Shown here: positions 40,900 to 50,280 of the stretch, piece by piece
How the letters are laid out: every line of letters begins with the position of its first letter
Numbering within the stretch: position 1 is the first letter of the stretch
NCBI GenBank assembly: GCA_028685295.1
Contig: JAQUEL010000001.1
Coordinates: forward strand, 31,865 to 95,864
Length of the DNA stretch: 64,000 nt
Source of the DNA: a bacterium
GTDB lineage: Bacteria > UBP13 > UBA5359
Direction: 5' to 3'
Made by a program: the position numbers and the translations under genes
The notes under the pieces: model-generated
The model's input: the letters and a program-made list of their open reading frames with translations, nothing else
What the model was told of the DNA's origin: nothing
Databases searched by the model: none

Positions 40900-41406
40900 A
40901 TGAAACACTGGTATGCCGTGCACACCAGATCAAGACATGAGGAAAGGGTTGCCGAACGTCTTCAAAAGAAGAGATTTGATATTTTTCTGCCCCGCCTGAA
41001 CTGCTGGAGCAGACGTAAGGACAGGCGTAAGCTTATCAGGATACCGATGTTTCCCGGTTATCTCTTCATCAATTGCCGAATGACCGGTAATCATTGGTTG
41101 GATATACTTAAGACGGATGGTGTGGCCGGAATAGTGGGATATGAACATCACCCTGCAATTATACCAGCAGAGCAGATCAAATCGCTTCGAATTATCGATG
41201 TATCTAATATCGAAGCAGAGCCTTACCCTATGTTGCGACAGGGCGATAGGGTCGTAGTAACGCGCGGTCCTCTGGCAGGCACTGTCGGGATCCTTATTGA
41301 TAAACGTGAACATGGGCATTCTATCGTTATTAATGTTGAGGCAATCGGACGGGCTGTTACTATTCATATCGACGGTTCCGTGGTAGATCGCATTCACGAT
41401 GCCTGA
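40900..41406 (+). CDS. NusG-family paralog (NGN + KOW; specialised antiterminator of the RfaH/UpxY/LoaP type)
   Basis: N-terminus WYAVHTRSRHEERVAERLQ characteristic of specialised NusG paralogs; KOW motif GDRVVVTRGPLAGTVG. A housekeeping nusG is not in this window. Confidence 0.7.
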   Translation: MKHWYAVHTRSRHEERVAERLQKKRFDIFLPRLNCWSRRKDRRKLIRIPMFPGYLFINCRMTGNHWLDILKTDGVAGIVGYEHHPAIIPAEQIKSLRIIDVSNIEAEPYPMLRQGDRVVVTRGPLAGTVGILIDKREHGHSIVINVEAIGRAVTIHIDGSVVDRIHDA

Positions 41407-41516
41407 TAGAGCTACGGCTGTGCGCTAATTCTCAGTATTGATTTCTCCTATATGCCATGATATGTTTAAGCCGTTATACTCCGGGGTAGATATATAAAAA
41501 ATTATTGGAGGAGAAA

Positions 41517-42128
41517 ATGGCTCCCTCCGTTAAGCTGCCTATGCCTGTATTTAAAGGGAAGCAATCAGTGGAAAGCGCCCTTTACTATCGTCGTTCCCGA
41601 AGGAATTATATTTGCAAGCCTTTATCTTTACAGAAAACCGGCCAGATGCTATGGGCCGCAGGCGGTGTAGGCAAAAGCGGTGTTACCGGCAGCAACAGAA
41701 CTTTCCCCTCAGCCGGAGCTACCTATGCCACGGAGATCTATCTTGTCGCTGGAAATATCGAAGGTTTAGAGGCAGGTTTATACAGATACGTATGCATGGA
41801 GCATAGCCTGGAACCACGATATAAAGGTGATATACGCTCCGGTTTATCCGAGGCGGCCTACGGACAGATGTTTATAGCCGAAGCAGCGGCATCTATTCTG
41901 CTTATTGCCGTGCCCCAGAGAACTATCCGACGCTACCGTGAAAGGGGGGTGCGATATATTTATATGGAAACAGGCTGCATCGCTCAGAACATTTATCTGC
42001 AGGCAGAGGCGCTCGGTTTGGGCACCGTATGCGTAGGCGCCTTTGATGACGATAGAATAAGAAACCTGATTGATTTGAACCCCGAAGAGGAACCCGAAAT
42101 GATAATGCCTATCGGCGCATATTCTTAA
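41517..42128 (+). CDS. nitroreductase-superfamily protein of the SagB-type dehydrogenase kind (FMN-dependent)
   Basis: ATG 41517 after SD GGAGGAG. About 204 aa with nitroreductase fold hallmarks (RRSRRNY near the N-terminus, GLGTVCVGAFDD near the C-terminus). Confidence 0.6.
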   Translation: MAPSVKLPMPVFKGKQSVESALYYRRSRRNYICKPLSLQKTGQMLWAAGGVGKSGVTGSNRTFPSAGATYATEIYLVAGNIEGLEAGLYRYVCMEHSLEPRYKGDIRSGLSEAAYGQMFIAEAAASILLIAVPQRTIRRYRERGVRYIYMETGCIAQNIYLQAEALGLGTVCVGAFDDDRIRNLIDLNPEEEPEMIMPIGAYS

Positions 42129-42145
42129 TTACAGGAGGCAAAAGG

Positions 42146-42775
42146 ATGGAACTGCAACCTAAGATTATAAAGGACGGCTTGCTAAAAATGGAAGGGATAT
42201 CATCGAATCAAATTGTCCAGCACTACGATATTCTCTATAAAGGATATGTGAATAAAACCAATGAGATCAATAAGAAGCTAATTTTAGCTGAACGGGATAA
42301 GGCTAACCAAACATATAGCGAACTCAGAGAATTGAAAGTAGAGCTTAGCTTTGCTCTCAATGGGGTCAAGCTTCATGAAGCTTATTTTGACAATCTTGCC
42401 GGCGCCGGTACTGTAATCGATGAGGGGCTGAAAGCGGAACTGACAAAGGTTTATGGTTCTTATGAGAACTGGGAAGAGGATTTTAAGGCTTCCGGTATGG
42501 CTGCACGCGGATGGGTTATAGCGGCATATGAGCCTGCAGATGGCCGGATATACAATTATATTGCTGATGATCATAATACCTATGGTATATGGTGGGCAAT
42601 ACCGTTGTTGATACTGGATGTATATGAACATGCATATTTTATTGATTATGGTGCCAGCAGAGTGTCTTATATCAATGCCTTTATGCATAATATAGATTGG
42701 AACGTTATCAATCAGCGTTTTAAGGATATTCAGGCCTGTCGCTTCATATCAAAAGCCCTCGAAGCTGATAATTGA
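42146..42775 (+). CDS. Fe/Mn-type superoxide dismutase-like protein (divergent)
   Basis: Aligns to the Fe/Mn SOD fold: DVYEHAYF (canonical DVWEHAYY), ligand-equivalent His present in QHYD and KLHEAYF. The canonical HHxKHH N-terminal motif is degenerate. Confidence 0.65.
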   Translation: MELQPKIIKDGLLKMEGISSNQIVQHYDILYKGYVNKTNEINKKLILAERDKANQTYSELRELKVELSFALNGVKLHEAYFDNLAGAGTVIDEGLKAELTKVYGSYENWEEDFKASGMAARGWVIAAYEPADGRIYNYIADDHNTYGIWWAIPLLILDVYEHAYFIDYGASRVSYINAFMHNIDWNVINQRFKDIQACRFISKALEADN

Positions 42776-42825
42776 CAATATATTTATCATTGGCTACTAT
42801 ATTAATGATAATTCTTTGGGGGGGT

Positions 42826-44298
42826 ATGGATATGCACCGTTTGAGTCTTGTGTCATTATGGCGTCGAGGCAATGTATCGGCATTCGTTGCGGCCATTATA
42901 ATCACTTTGACAATAGGATTTTATGCTGAAGCCGCACAGGCTCCTGCAACAGTTCAGGCGCCGACATTGCGTGCTATCAGCAATGAGTTTGTTAAAGTAG
43001 TCGAGCAAGTACGTCCAGCAGTAGTGTTCATACGTGTGGTTACTATTGAAAAGGGGCAACCTTCAGCCTCTCAAGATCCCTTCAATTTCAATCCCTTTGA
43101 ATTTTTCTTCGGGCCGCGCAGTCAGAACAGCGAGCCTAAGAGCTATCGCAAGCAGGGCGCAGGCTCAGGCGTTATCGTCAGCAAAGATGGTTATATATTG
43201 ACCAATAATCACGTTGTAGGCAATGCGGATGAGATCAATGTCGAGCTGTCGGATGGCAGAAAATTGTCGGCAAAGCTTATAGGCAGCGATCAACCGACCG
43301 ATGTTGCTGTTATCAAAATTGATGCTGACAATCTACCGGTGGCACCGTTGGGGGCATCTGCGGAGCTGAAGGTTGGTGAGTGGGTCCTGGCTATCGGAAA
43401 CCCATTCGGTCTCAGCCAGACGGTAACAGCAGGTATCGTGAGCTATACCGGAAGGCATAATCTGGGTATATCTGCGTATGAGAATTTTATTCAAACGGAT
43501 GCAGCTATTAATCCCGGCAATAGCGGTGGCCCCCTGGTAAATATGGACGGCGAAGTCATTGGCATTAATACCGCTATTGTAACGGGTGGGGTGGTACAGG
43601 CTAATGCAGGCATAGGTTTGGCCATACCTATTGATATGGCTAAAGATATTATGAATCAACTTGTGAAGGATGGAAAAGTCGTCCGTGGTTATTTAGGCGT
43701 AGGCATTCAGGACATGACCTCTGAATTGGCCAAAGCCATGGGTGTCAAAGATATTAAGGGCGTTTTGGTAACGCAGGTGTTTCCCGATGCACCAGCAGCC
43801 GCTGCCGGGGTGCGCGAGGGTGATATTATTATTTCCTGGGATGGAAAAAGGGTAGCTAATACCAATGAGCTTCGCAATGCCGTTGCCGCTTCCGCTCCCG
43901 GCAACAAGGTCTTTATGGTTGTAAATCGTGAGGGAAAGGAACTAAAGCTGAAGATAACAGTGCAGGAGCGTAATGAGGCGGATCTAGACGGAGGAAACCG
44001 GGATAAGGATACAGCGGTTTCCAGAACGGGCATTATGGTGCAGAATGTTACTTCTGAACTGGCTGGCAAGTTCGGTATTAATGGAGAGGTGACAGGTGTC
44101 CTGATTGTTGCTGTTGAGCAGAACAGCAAGGCGGCGGATCTGGGGTTGCGTCCGGGTATGCTTATTGAAACGGTAGATCGCAAGCAGATTAAAGATACGG
44201 ACGATTATAAAAAGGCTATAGCCGCTGCAGGCGATAAAGTACTTCTTCTGGTAAGGCAACAAAGCAGCAAGTTTTTTATAATTTTGCCTTTAAAATAG
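42826..44298 (+). CDS. htrA: periplasmic serine endoprotease HtrA/DegP family with two PDZ domains
   Basis: Signal peptide. Catalytic triad motifs TNNHVV, D, GNSGGPL. Two PDZ-like regions. Start chosen at ATG 42826. Confidence 0.9.
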   Translation: MDMHRLSLVSLWRRGNVSAFVAAIIITLTIGFYAEAAQAPATVQAPTLRAISNEFVKVVEQVRPAVVFIRVVTIEKGQPSASQDPFNFNPFEFFFGPRSQNSEPKSYRKQGAGSGVIVSKDGYILTNNHVVGNADEINVELSDGRKLSAKLIGSDQPTDVAVIKIDADNLPVAPLGASAELKVGEWVLAIGNPFGLSQTVTAGIVSYTGRHNLGISAYENFIQTDAAINPGNSGGPLVNMDGEVIGINTAIVTGGVVQANAGIGLAIPIDMAKDIMNQLVKDGKVVRGYLGVGIQDMTSELAKAMGVKDIKGVLVTQVFPDAPAAAAGVREGDIIISWDGKRVANTNELRNAVAASAPGNKVFMVVNREGKELKLKITVQERNEADLDGGNRDKDTAVSRTGIMVQNVTSELAGKFGINGEVTGVLIVAVEQNSKAADLGLRPGMLIETVDRKQIKDTDDYKKAIAAAGDKVLLLVRQQSSKFFIILPLK

Positions 44299-44340
44299 TT
44301 CTCCTATCCATATGCTGAGCCTCTTTGACTATCTGGAAGG

Positions 44341-44373
44341 CGCCGGTAAAGCTACTTTACCGGCGTTTTCTTT
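44341..44373 (+). terminator. rho-independent terminator after htrA
   Basis: CGCCGGTAAAG-CTA-CTTTACCGGCG (11-bp perfect stem, 3-nt loop) followed by TTTTCTTT. Confidence 0.7.
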
Positions 44374-44426
44374 GTCGCCCGCATAGCGGAATATTAAAGA
44401 GGAAAAATTATTCAATCCGGCGAATA

Positions 44427-45251
44427 TATATAACTATGCTTAAACGTATTACGATATGCCTAGCCTTTATCCTTATATTTTCCTTTCTACCTAGCCTTAG
44501 CATGGCGGCACAATATACGGTTAAGAGCGGTGATACTTTATGGTCTATCGCCAAAATGCTCGGTACAAGTGTTGAGGCCCTTTGTAAGCTTAACGGCATA
44601 GAAGATCCCGGGCGAATAACTCCCGGGCAAATTCTTGATATTAATAATGAAACCTTAAAGAGATCGCAAAGGGCAGGTATTCTTAATGCCGATGCAGTTA
44701 ACCTTCGTTCCGGACCAGGTCTTAATTACAGTTCGCTGACATTATTGGAAAGAGGAACGAGAGTAACTCTTTTAAATGAGACGGAAGACTGGAGCAATGT
44801 CAGGATTGATAATGGTAGGGAAGGCTGGGTTTGGAAGGCCTTCATAAGCAGCAGATCTGTAGAGAATATCAGCCGCAGCGGTCGTCTCGCAGATGCCATA
44901 CTCGAAAATGCTAAAAGATGTCTCGGCATCCCATATGTATGGGGAGGAGCCGCTCTTTCAGGATATGATTGCTCAGGGTTTGTACAGGCCGTTTTTCTGG
45001 CTGTTGGCGTTCGCCTGCCCCGCGTGTCATTTGATCAGTTTCGTGAAGGCCGGTCTGTCGTTTTTGAAGACCTTCGTCCCGGAGATGCAGTATTCTTTAC
45101 AACTTACGCCTCCGGCGCCTCTCATGTAGGCATATATATGGGGGATGAATCCTTTATTCACGCCTCTTCAGCAGCCGGTAAGGTGGTGATTACCCGCTTT
45201 ACATCATACTACAGAACGCATTTTGTCGGTGCCAGGCGCTACATTTTATGA
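44427..45251 (+). CDS. secreted LysM + SH3b + NlpC/P60 peptidoglycan endopeptidase
   Basis: Signal peptide; LysM ([17 protein letters not shown]...LNGI); SH3-like ([12 protein letters not shown]...WSNV); NlpC/P60 Cys-His motifs (YDCSGFV; HVGIYMG..FIHAS). Confidence 0.8.
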   Translation, partial: YITMLKRITICLAFILIFSFLPSLSMAAQYTVKSGDTLWSIAKMLGTSVEALCKLNGIEDPGRITPGQILDINNETLKRSQRAGILNADAVNLRSGPGLNYSSLTLLERGTRVTLLNETEDWSNVRIDNGREGWVWKAFISSRSVENISRSGRLADAILENAKRCLGIPYVWGGAALSGYDCSGFVQAVFLAVGVRLPRVSFDQFREGRSVVFEDLRPGDAVFFTTYASGASHVGIYMGDESFIHASSAAGKVVITRFTSYYRTHFVGARRYIL

Positions 45252-45289
45252 TGCCCAATAGTAAATACTTAGCAAGGAGGGCAATTAAA

Positions 45290-46045
45290 GTGAAAAGAAT
45301 AAATGTTATTTCTATTACCATGTTGATATTCTTAAGTATCATACTTACCATTGCCCGCAGGGCGGATGCAGAGTTGAGCAAGCTTTTGCGCATTCCAACA
45401 ATCGATATCGTTTGTGACGGGAGCTATTATCTCGATTTTGGTGTGGACGGAAAGATCAATGATCTAAATAACTCTTATAAATATATATGTAGCGAGTTTG
45501 GCTATAGCGATAGATTTGAAGCAGGAGTAGATATAGATCTTGACGACCTTTCCAGATCCTTAATCAATGCCAAGTACCTTGTATTCTCTGATGAAGATAG
45601 AAAATACGGGGTCGCTTTGGGAGTATACGATATAACCTCGGATAGAGTATCCACTCCTTACATAGTAACCGCTTATACGATCTCCGATTACAGGGTGCAT
45701 CTTGGTGCAATGCGTCAGGATAGAAAAACTCGTTTCTTTACCGGCATAGAAGGAAACTTTGGGGATAAATTTATCCTCAAAGCGGATCATATCGAGGGAG
45801 AAGGAAATGTTAGCGCTGTCGGCCTGGGATATAATATCAATGATCGCACCGGGCTTACTCTGGGACATATATTTTCTAATACCGGAGGAGAAGGGCTTAT
45901 CGGTCTGGAGTTCTCCCGGCAGATGAGTGAACAGAGAGGCCTTACGGCCAGTGTGACTCTTCCCGATAGAGGAGGCGATATGTTTTTCAGCATATTGCTG
46001 ACCAATACGTGCTCATATAAAAAAGCAAAAACAGGTGTTGATTAA
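45290..46045 (+). CDS. hypothetical secreted protein (signal peptide; Gly/Tyr/Asp-rich, beta-rich)
   Basis: GTG start after SD AAGGAGGG. N-terminal signal peptide ending ARRADA. No recognisable family. Confidence 0.5.
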   Translation: MKRINVISITMLIFLSIILTIARRADAELSKLLRIPTIDIVCDGSYYLDFGVDGKINDLNNSYKYICSEFGYSDRFEAGVDIDLDDLSRSLINAKYLVFSDEDRKYGVALGVYDITSDRVSTPYIVTAYTISDYRVHLGAMRQDRKTRFFTGIEGNFGDKFILKADHIEGEGNVSAVGLGYNINDRTGLTLGHIFSNTGGEGLIGLEFSRQMSEQRGLTASVTLPDRGGDMFFSILLTNTCSYKKAKTGVD

Positions 46046-46064
46046 AGAGTATCAGGGAGATAGC

Positions 46065-46153
46065 TGGTGCCGAAGGTCGGAGTCGAACCGACACGGGGTC
46101 ACCCCCAACGGTTTTTGAGACCGTCGTGTATACCAATTCCACCACTTCGGCAC
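46065..46153 (-). tRNA. tRNA-Leu (anticodon CAA), class II with long variable arm, CCA encoded
   Basis: Reverse complement GTGCCGA...GGTTCGACTCCGACCTTCGGCACCA. 7-bp acceptor stem; anticodon loop CUCAAAA (CAA); long variable arm; T-loop GGTTCGACTCC. Confidence 0.8.
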
Positions 46154-46252
46154 TGACAGAAATTATAACCTGCCGTAAATCTTTAGTCAACATATTTGCG
46201 ACAGGGAAAGAATTAGATGTATCCTAAACGAGTAAGCTACCTTACGTACGTG

Positions 46253-46281
46253 TTGACATCCTATAGGCGATATATTAAAAT
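46253..46281 (+). promoter_or_regulatory. sigma70-like promoter (TTGACA-17nt-TAAAAT) for rplM-rpsI
   Basis: TTGACA 46253..46258 and TAAAAT 46276..46281, upstream of rplM. Confidence 0.45.
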
Positions 46282-46314
46282 AGGTAGGTCATTAGCAACG
46301 GGAGAGGTAGAGGT

Positions 46315-46743
46315 ATGAGAACTTACTCGGCAAAACCGACCGAGATTAACAGAAAATGGTATGTGGTCGATGCCACCGATGTGCCGCTGGGGCGTTTAGC
46401 ATCCAAGGTTGCGCAAGTCCTGATAGGCAAACATAAGCCCATCTTTACTCCTAATATGGATACAGGAGATCATGTCATAGTTTTGAATGCGGCCAGAGTC
46501 CGGGTTACCGGGAATAAGGCTGCGGATAAGATGTATTATCGACATTCCCAGTATCCTGGAGGATTGAAGACCATAAGTTTTGAAAAGCTTATGGCAAAGC
46601 ATCCGGAAAGGATTATTGAACTGGCTGTTAAGGGAATGTTACCTCACAATAGCCTGGGAAGAGCGATGTACCGCAAGCTAAGGGTGTATAAGGATGCGAG
46701 ACATGGCCAAGATGCTCAGAAGCCGGAAGTAATGGAAATATAG
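46315..46743 (+). CDS. rplM: 50S ribosomal protein L13
   Basis: [20 protein letters not shown]; 142 aa. Confidence 0.95.
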   Translation: MRTYSAKPTEINRKWYVVDATDVPLGRLASKVAQVLIGKHKPIFTPNMDTGDHVIVLNAARVRVTGNKAADKMYYRHSQYPGGLKTISFEKLMAKHPERIIELAVKGMLPHNSLGRAMYRKLRVYKDARHGQDAQKPEVMEI

Positions 46744-46847
46744 AGTTTTCGTTAAGGTTGACAGTATTTACCGCAATGTATTCAGGATAATATTGATATC
46801 GGATTAATATATTCGGATTAATATACGCGGTTTTTTGAAGGAGTGGA

Positions 46848-47264
46848 TTGAATTTGGCGCGGACAAAAGCTGCAGCAGCAGTAAAATATTATGGCACCGG
46901 GCGCCGTAAAGAGGCAATTGCCAAAGTTTGGTTAATTCCCGGTACCGGCGAAATAACAGTTAACAATAAGCCGCTTAGAGATTACGTAGGGCGTGAAACG
47001 CTGGCTATGCTTGTTAAGCAGCCTTTGGTGGCAGTAGCTATGGCTGATAAATTCAATGTCGTTGCCAGGACGCTCGGTGGCGGTGTTGCTGGTCAGGCCG
47101 GCGCTATACGACATGGTATTGCCAGGGCGTTAGTCTCTTCCGATGAGGCATTACGAACGGTATTGCGTCGAGCAGGGTTTCTTACCAGAGATCCGCGTGA
47201 GAAGGAACGTAAAAAGTACGGCCTGAAGAGAGCTCGTAAAGCATTCCAATTCTCTAAACGATAA
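46848..47264 (+). CDS. rpsI: 30S ribosomal protein S9
   Basis: [13 protein letters not shown]-terminal [21 protein letters not shown] start (46848 or 46854) after SD AAGGAG. Confidence 0.95.
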   Translation: MNLARTKAAAAVKYYGTGRRKEAIAKVWLIPGTGEITVNNKPLRDYVGRETLAMLVKQPLVAVAMADKFNVVARTLGGGVAGQAGAIRHGIARALVSSDEALRTVLRRAGFLTRDPREKERKKYGLKRARKAFQFSKR

Positions 47265-47285
47265 AGAAAGAGACAGAGGACAATT

Positions 47286-47320
47286 AAAGGCCGCGTACGG
47301 AGTACGCGGCCTTTGTGCGG
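47286..47320 (+). terminator. rho-independent terminator after rpsI
   Basis: AAAGGCCGCGTAC-GGA-GTACGCGGCCTTT perfect stem followed by GTGCGGTTTC. Confidence 0.6.
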
Positions 47321-47422
47321 TTTCGGGCGATATGCAACATAAGATAGAAATGTCTCTCGGCATGCATCTTGCATGAGGCATGCCGGGTAAATTATTAAGT
47401 TCTGTTTTTAGGAGAAAATAAC

Positions 47423-47893
47423 TTGTCGCAGTTATGCATTAAAATATATATCGTTATAACCCTTATATTTATGACATACCCGCCCGCCTTTGGTGCTGGT
47501 GATTCGAGCCGTGCAGGGAAAGCCCCGAAAGACGGTAGATGCGATATCGTCACCTGGGCCAAACGCTGCCTGGGCAAACCTTATGTCTGGGGCGGCAACG
47601 GCAGGAAGGGCTACGATTGTTCCGGTTTTGTCAGGGCTGCTTACAATCGTTATGGTCTAAGATTGCCCAGATCTTCAGCCGCGCAATACAGGGTTGGCAC
47701 TTCGGTAAGCCGGAGCGCTTTACGCCCTGGAGACAGAGTCTTCTTCAGCACCTATCGACGTGGGCCGTCTCACGTCGGCATATATATAGGTAACGATAAA
47801 TTCATCCACGCATCATCCTCAAAACGACGTATCACCATAGACCGGTTATCATCTCGGTATTACAGGGCACGCTACATCGGCGCCAGGCGTTAG
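47423..47893 (+). CDS. secreted NlpC/P60 family peptidase
   Basis: TTG start after SD AGGAG. Signal peptide. Motifs YDCSGFVRAAY, HVGIYIGNDKFIHAS. Confidence 0.8.
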   Translation: MSQLCIKIYIVITLIFMTYPPAFGAGDSSRAGKAPKDGRCDIVTWAKRCLGKPYVWGGNGRKGYDCSGFVRAAYNRYGLRLPRSSAAQYRVGTSVSRSALRPGDRVFFSTYRRGPSHVGIYIGNDKFIHASSSKRRITIDRLSSRYYRARYIGARR

Positions 47894-47973
47894 GCCCTAT
47901 CCGGGCATAATAATTGCCTTTTAAATTACCGGCTAATAAATGATCCATATGTTGCTTTGAGGAGGAACTCCGG

Positions 47974-49308
47974 TTGCGTTATAAGACGTTTCCTCAGGGT
48001 ATTCATCTCAGATACCATAAGCAGGCAACCGCCGGTAAGCCGACAGTAACAGCTAAAGCACCTGCTGTAGCTGTAGTACCGCTGATTCAACATATCGGTG
48101 TCCCTTGTATTCCTCAAATAAACGTAGGCGACCATGTATTTATGGGGCAAAAGATCGGTGATGCCGAAGCTTTGATAACCGCACCGATACATTCGCCTAT
48201 ATCTGGAAAGGTGATGGCGCTGGAGGCGCGTCCTCACGTTATGCGACGAGACGTGTTGAGCGTAGTCATCGAAAACGATGGAGAGGATGAACTGTATCCG
48301 GATATAATGCCGTACCCTGACTGGGAACGCCTTGATCCTGACACACTTAGAAACATTATCAGGGAAGGTGGTATTGTCGGCATGGGCGGAGCTGCATTCC
48401 CAACGCATATCAAGCTGGCACCTCAATCTGATAAAAGCATCGATGCCGTACTTATTAATGGAGCAGAATGTGAAGATTATCTTACTGATGATAACTGCCT
48501 GATGGTAGAGCATCCTGAGTGGGTGATTGGCGGCGCCCGGATCATCTCTCATATACTCGGTAATGTTAAAATCGTTGTCGGTATTGAAGCTAATAAGCCA
48601 GATGCACTAGCGGCAATAAGGCAAGCTGCCGGAGAGGGTGACGACATAAGCGTAATTGCTCTTGATACCAAATATCCACAGGGCGGAGAGAAACAGATGG
48701 TCAAAGCACTCCTGGACAGAGAAGTGCCTTCAGGTGGTTTGCCGTCTGAAGTAGGAGTTGTGGTCAACAATGTAGCTACCGTTGCTAAAATTTTTGAGTT
48801 GATAACAACCGGGATGCCGCTGATATCCAGGGGAGTAACTCTTTCCGGGCCGGGTGTAAGTGCGCCCGGGAATCTGATTGCCCGTATTGGTACCAGTATG
48901 GAGGATCTTATAAGCGAATGCGGTGGTTATAAGGGAAAAATCGCTAAGGTCATTATGGGCGGCCCGATGACAGGCATATCTGTATTTACAACACTTGTAA
49001 CTCTTACCAAGAGTATAGGCGGCGTTGTGGTAATGCGGCATGAGGATATATGTCATGAGGACCCGGTGGTATGCATAAGATGCGCTCGTTGTGTGGATGC
49101 CTGTCCGGTTTATCTGATGCCGATTTCTCTTTACCACTACTCTCGTTCTCTAAATTATGACCAAGCGGTGGAGGCATATGGATTGTTCGATTGCATCGAG
49201 TGCGGTTGCTGCTCTTACGTATGTCCGGGCAGGTTACCGCTTATGGAATCGATAAAGCATGCCAAAGCTGAGATAAATAATAAAAGGCAAAAGCAGCATG
49301 GAAGGTGA
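47974..49308 (+). CDS. rnfC: Rnf electron transport complex subunit C
   Basis: TTG start after SD GAGGAGG. NADH/FMN-binding core; two CxxCxxCxxxCP clusters near the C-terminus. Confidence 0.9.
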   Translation: MRYKTFPQGIHLRYHKQATAGKPTVTAKAPAVAVVPLIQHIGVPCIPQINVGDHVFMGQKIGDAEALITAPIHSPISGKVMALEARPHVMRRDVLSVVIENDGEDELYPDIMPYPDWERLDPDTLRNIIREGGIVGMGGAAFPTHIKLAPQSDKSIDAVLINGAECEDYLTDDNCLMVEHPEWVIGGARIISHILGNVKIVVGIEANKPDALAAIRQAAGEGDDISVIALDTKYPQGGEKQMVKALLDREVPSGGLPSEVGVVVNNVATVAKIFELITTGMPLISRGVTLSGPGVSAPGNLIARIGTSMEDLISECGGYKGKIAKVIMGGPMTGISVFTTLVTLTKSIGGVVVMRHEDICHEDPVVCIRCARCVDACPVYLMPISLYHYSRSLNYDQAVEAYGLFDCIECGCCSYVCPGRLPLMESIKHAKAEINNKRQKQHGR

Positions 49309-49311
49309 AGA

Positions 49312-50280
49312 ATGGCTGATCCCTTATCAAGGGAGCTTATAGTCTCATCGGCACCTCATGTTAGAGGGCGGGATAATATACGTCGCATGATGTATGATGT
49401 CGCCATCGCTCTCATTCCAGCCGGTATTGCGGCAGTATATTTTTTTGGCCTGCGCAGTCTGCTCATCGTTCTCATCACCGTTGCCAGTGCACTGGGTGCT
49501 GAGGCGCTGATACAGAGGGCCATGGGAAGGCGTGTGACTATAACTGACGGTAGTGCTCTGGTAACAGCCGTTCTGCTTGCCTATAACCTGCCTCCGACCG
49601 TGCCGCTTTGGTTACCCTTTATCGGAGCGTCGATAGCTATCGGGCTCGGTAAAATGGTTTATGGCGGTTTGGGATACAATCCATTCAACCCGGCTCTGAT
49701 ATCCAGGACAATCTTACTTGCGGCATGGCCCGTGCTTATGACCAGTTGGGTTGTTCCGTTCGATGCCGTCGCTACCGCCACGCCGCTTGCTGTGATTAAG
49801 ATGGGAGATAATCTGCAGGCCGTCAAAGACCTGCTGCATGTTGACAGCAATCTATCGCTTTACCGGCAGATGTTTTGGGGGAACCATGGCGGTTGTCTTG
49901 GAGAGACATCTATTCCGGCCCTATTATTAGGTGGCGTATATCTTATGTATAGGCGTGTGATAACATGGCATATACCCATAACCTATGTATCGACAGTGGC
50001 AGTTACCGCCTTGCTTCTGGGGCGGGACCCCATCTTCCATCTTCTGGCTGGAGGGCTCATTCTAGGTGCTCTTTATATGGCTACCTGTCCGGTAACAACA
50101 CCTGTTACTCCTCGGGGGAGGATATATTTCGGACTGGGGGCCGGATTGTTAACCATGCTGATAAGGGCTTTCGGTTCACTGCCGGAGGGGATTATGTATT
50201 CTATTCTATTGATGAATGCGGCCACACCGCTGCTGGACAGATATACGCGGCCTCGCATTTACGGCAAGGGGGCGAGATGA
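49312..50280 (+). CDS. rnfD: Rnf complex subunit D
   Basis: Polytopic NqrB/RnfD-like; 322 aa; position after rnfC. Confidence 0.9.
   Translation: MADPLSRELIVSSAPHVRGRDNIRRMMYDVAIALIPAGIAAVYFFGLRSLLIVLITVASALGAEALIQRAMGRRVTITDGSALVTAVLLAYNLPPTVPLWLPFIGASIAIGLGKMVYGGLGYNPFNPALISRTILLAAWPVLMTSWVVPFDAVATATPLAVIKMGDNLQAVKDLLHVDSNLSLYRQMFWGNHGGCLGETSIPALLLGGVYLMYRRVITWHIPITYVSTVAVTALLLGRDPIFHLLAGGLILGALYMATCPVTTPVTPRGRIYFGLGAGLLTMLIRAFGSLPEGIMYSILLMNAATPLLDRYTRPRIYGKGAR

Noticed and set aside
40725-40940. 71-aa ORF in the leader of the NusG-paralog gene
   Set aside because: GTG start immediately abuts the rluB stop with no spacer after the SD-like AGAGG, and it overlaps the NusG-like start. Retained only as part of the leader discussion.
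47926-48552. 208-aa minus-strand ORF
   Set aside because: Antisense to rnfC; no support.
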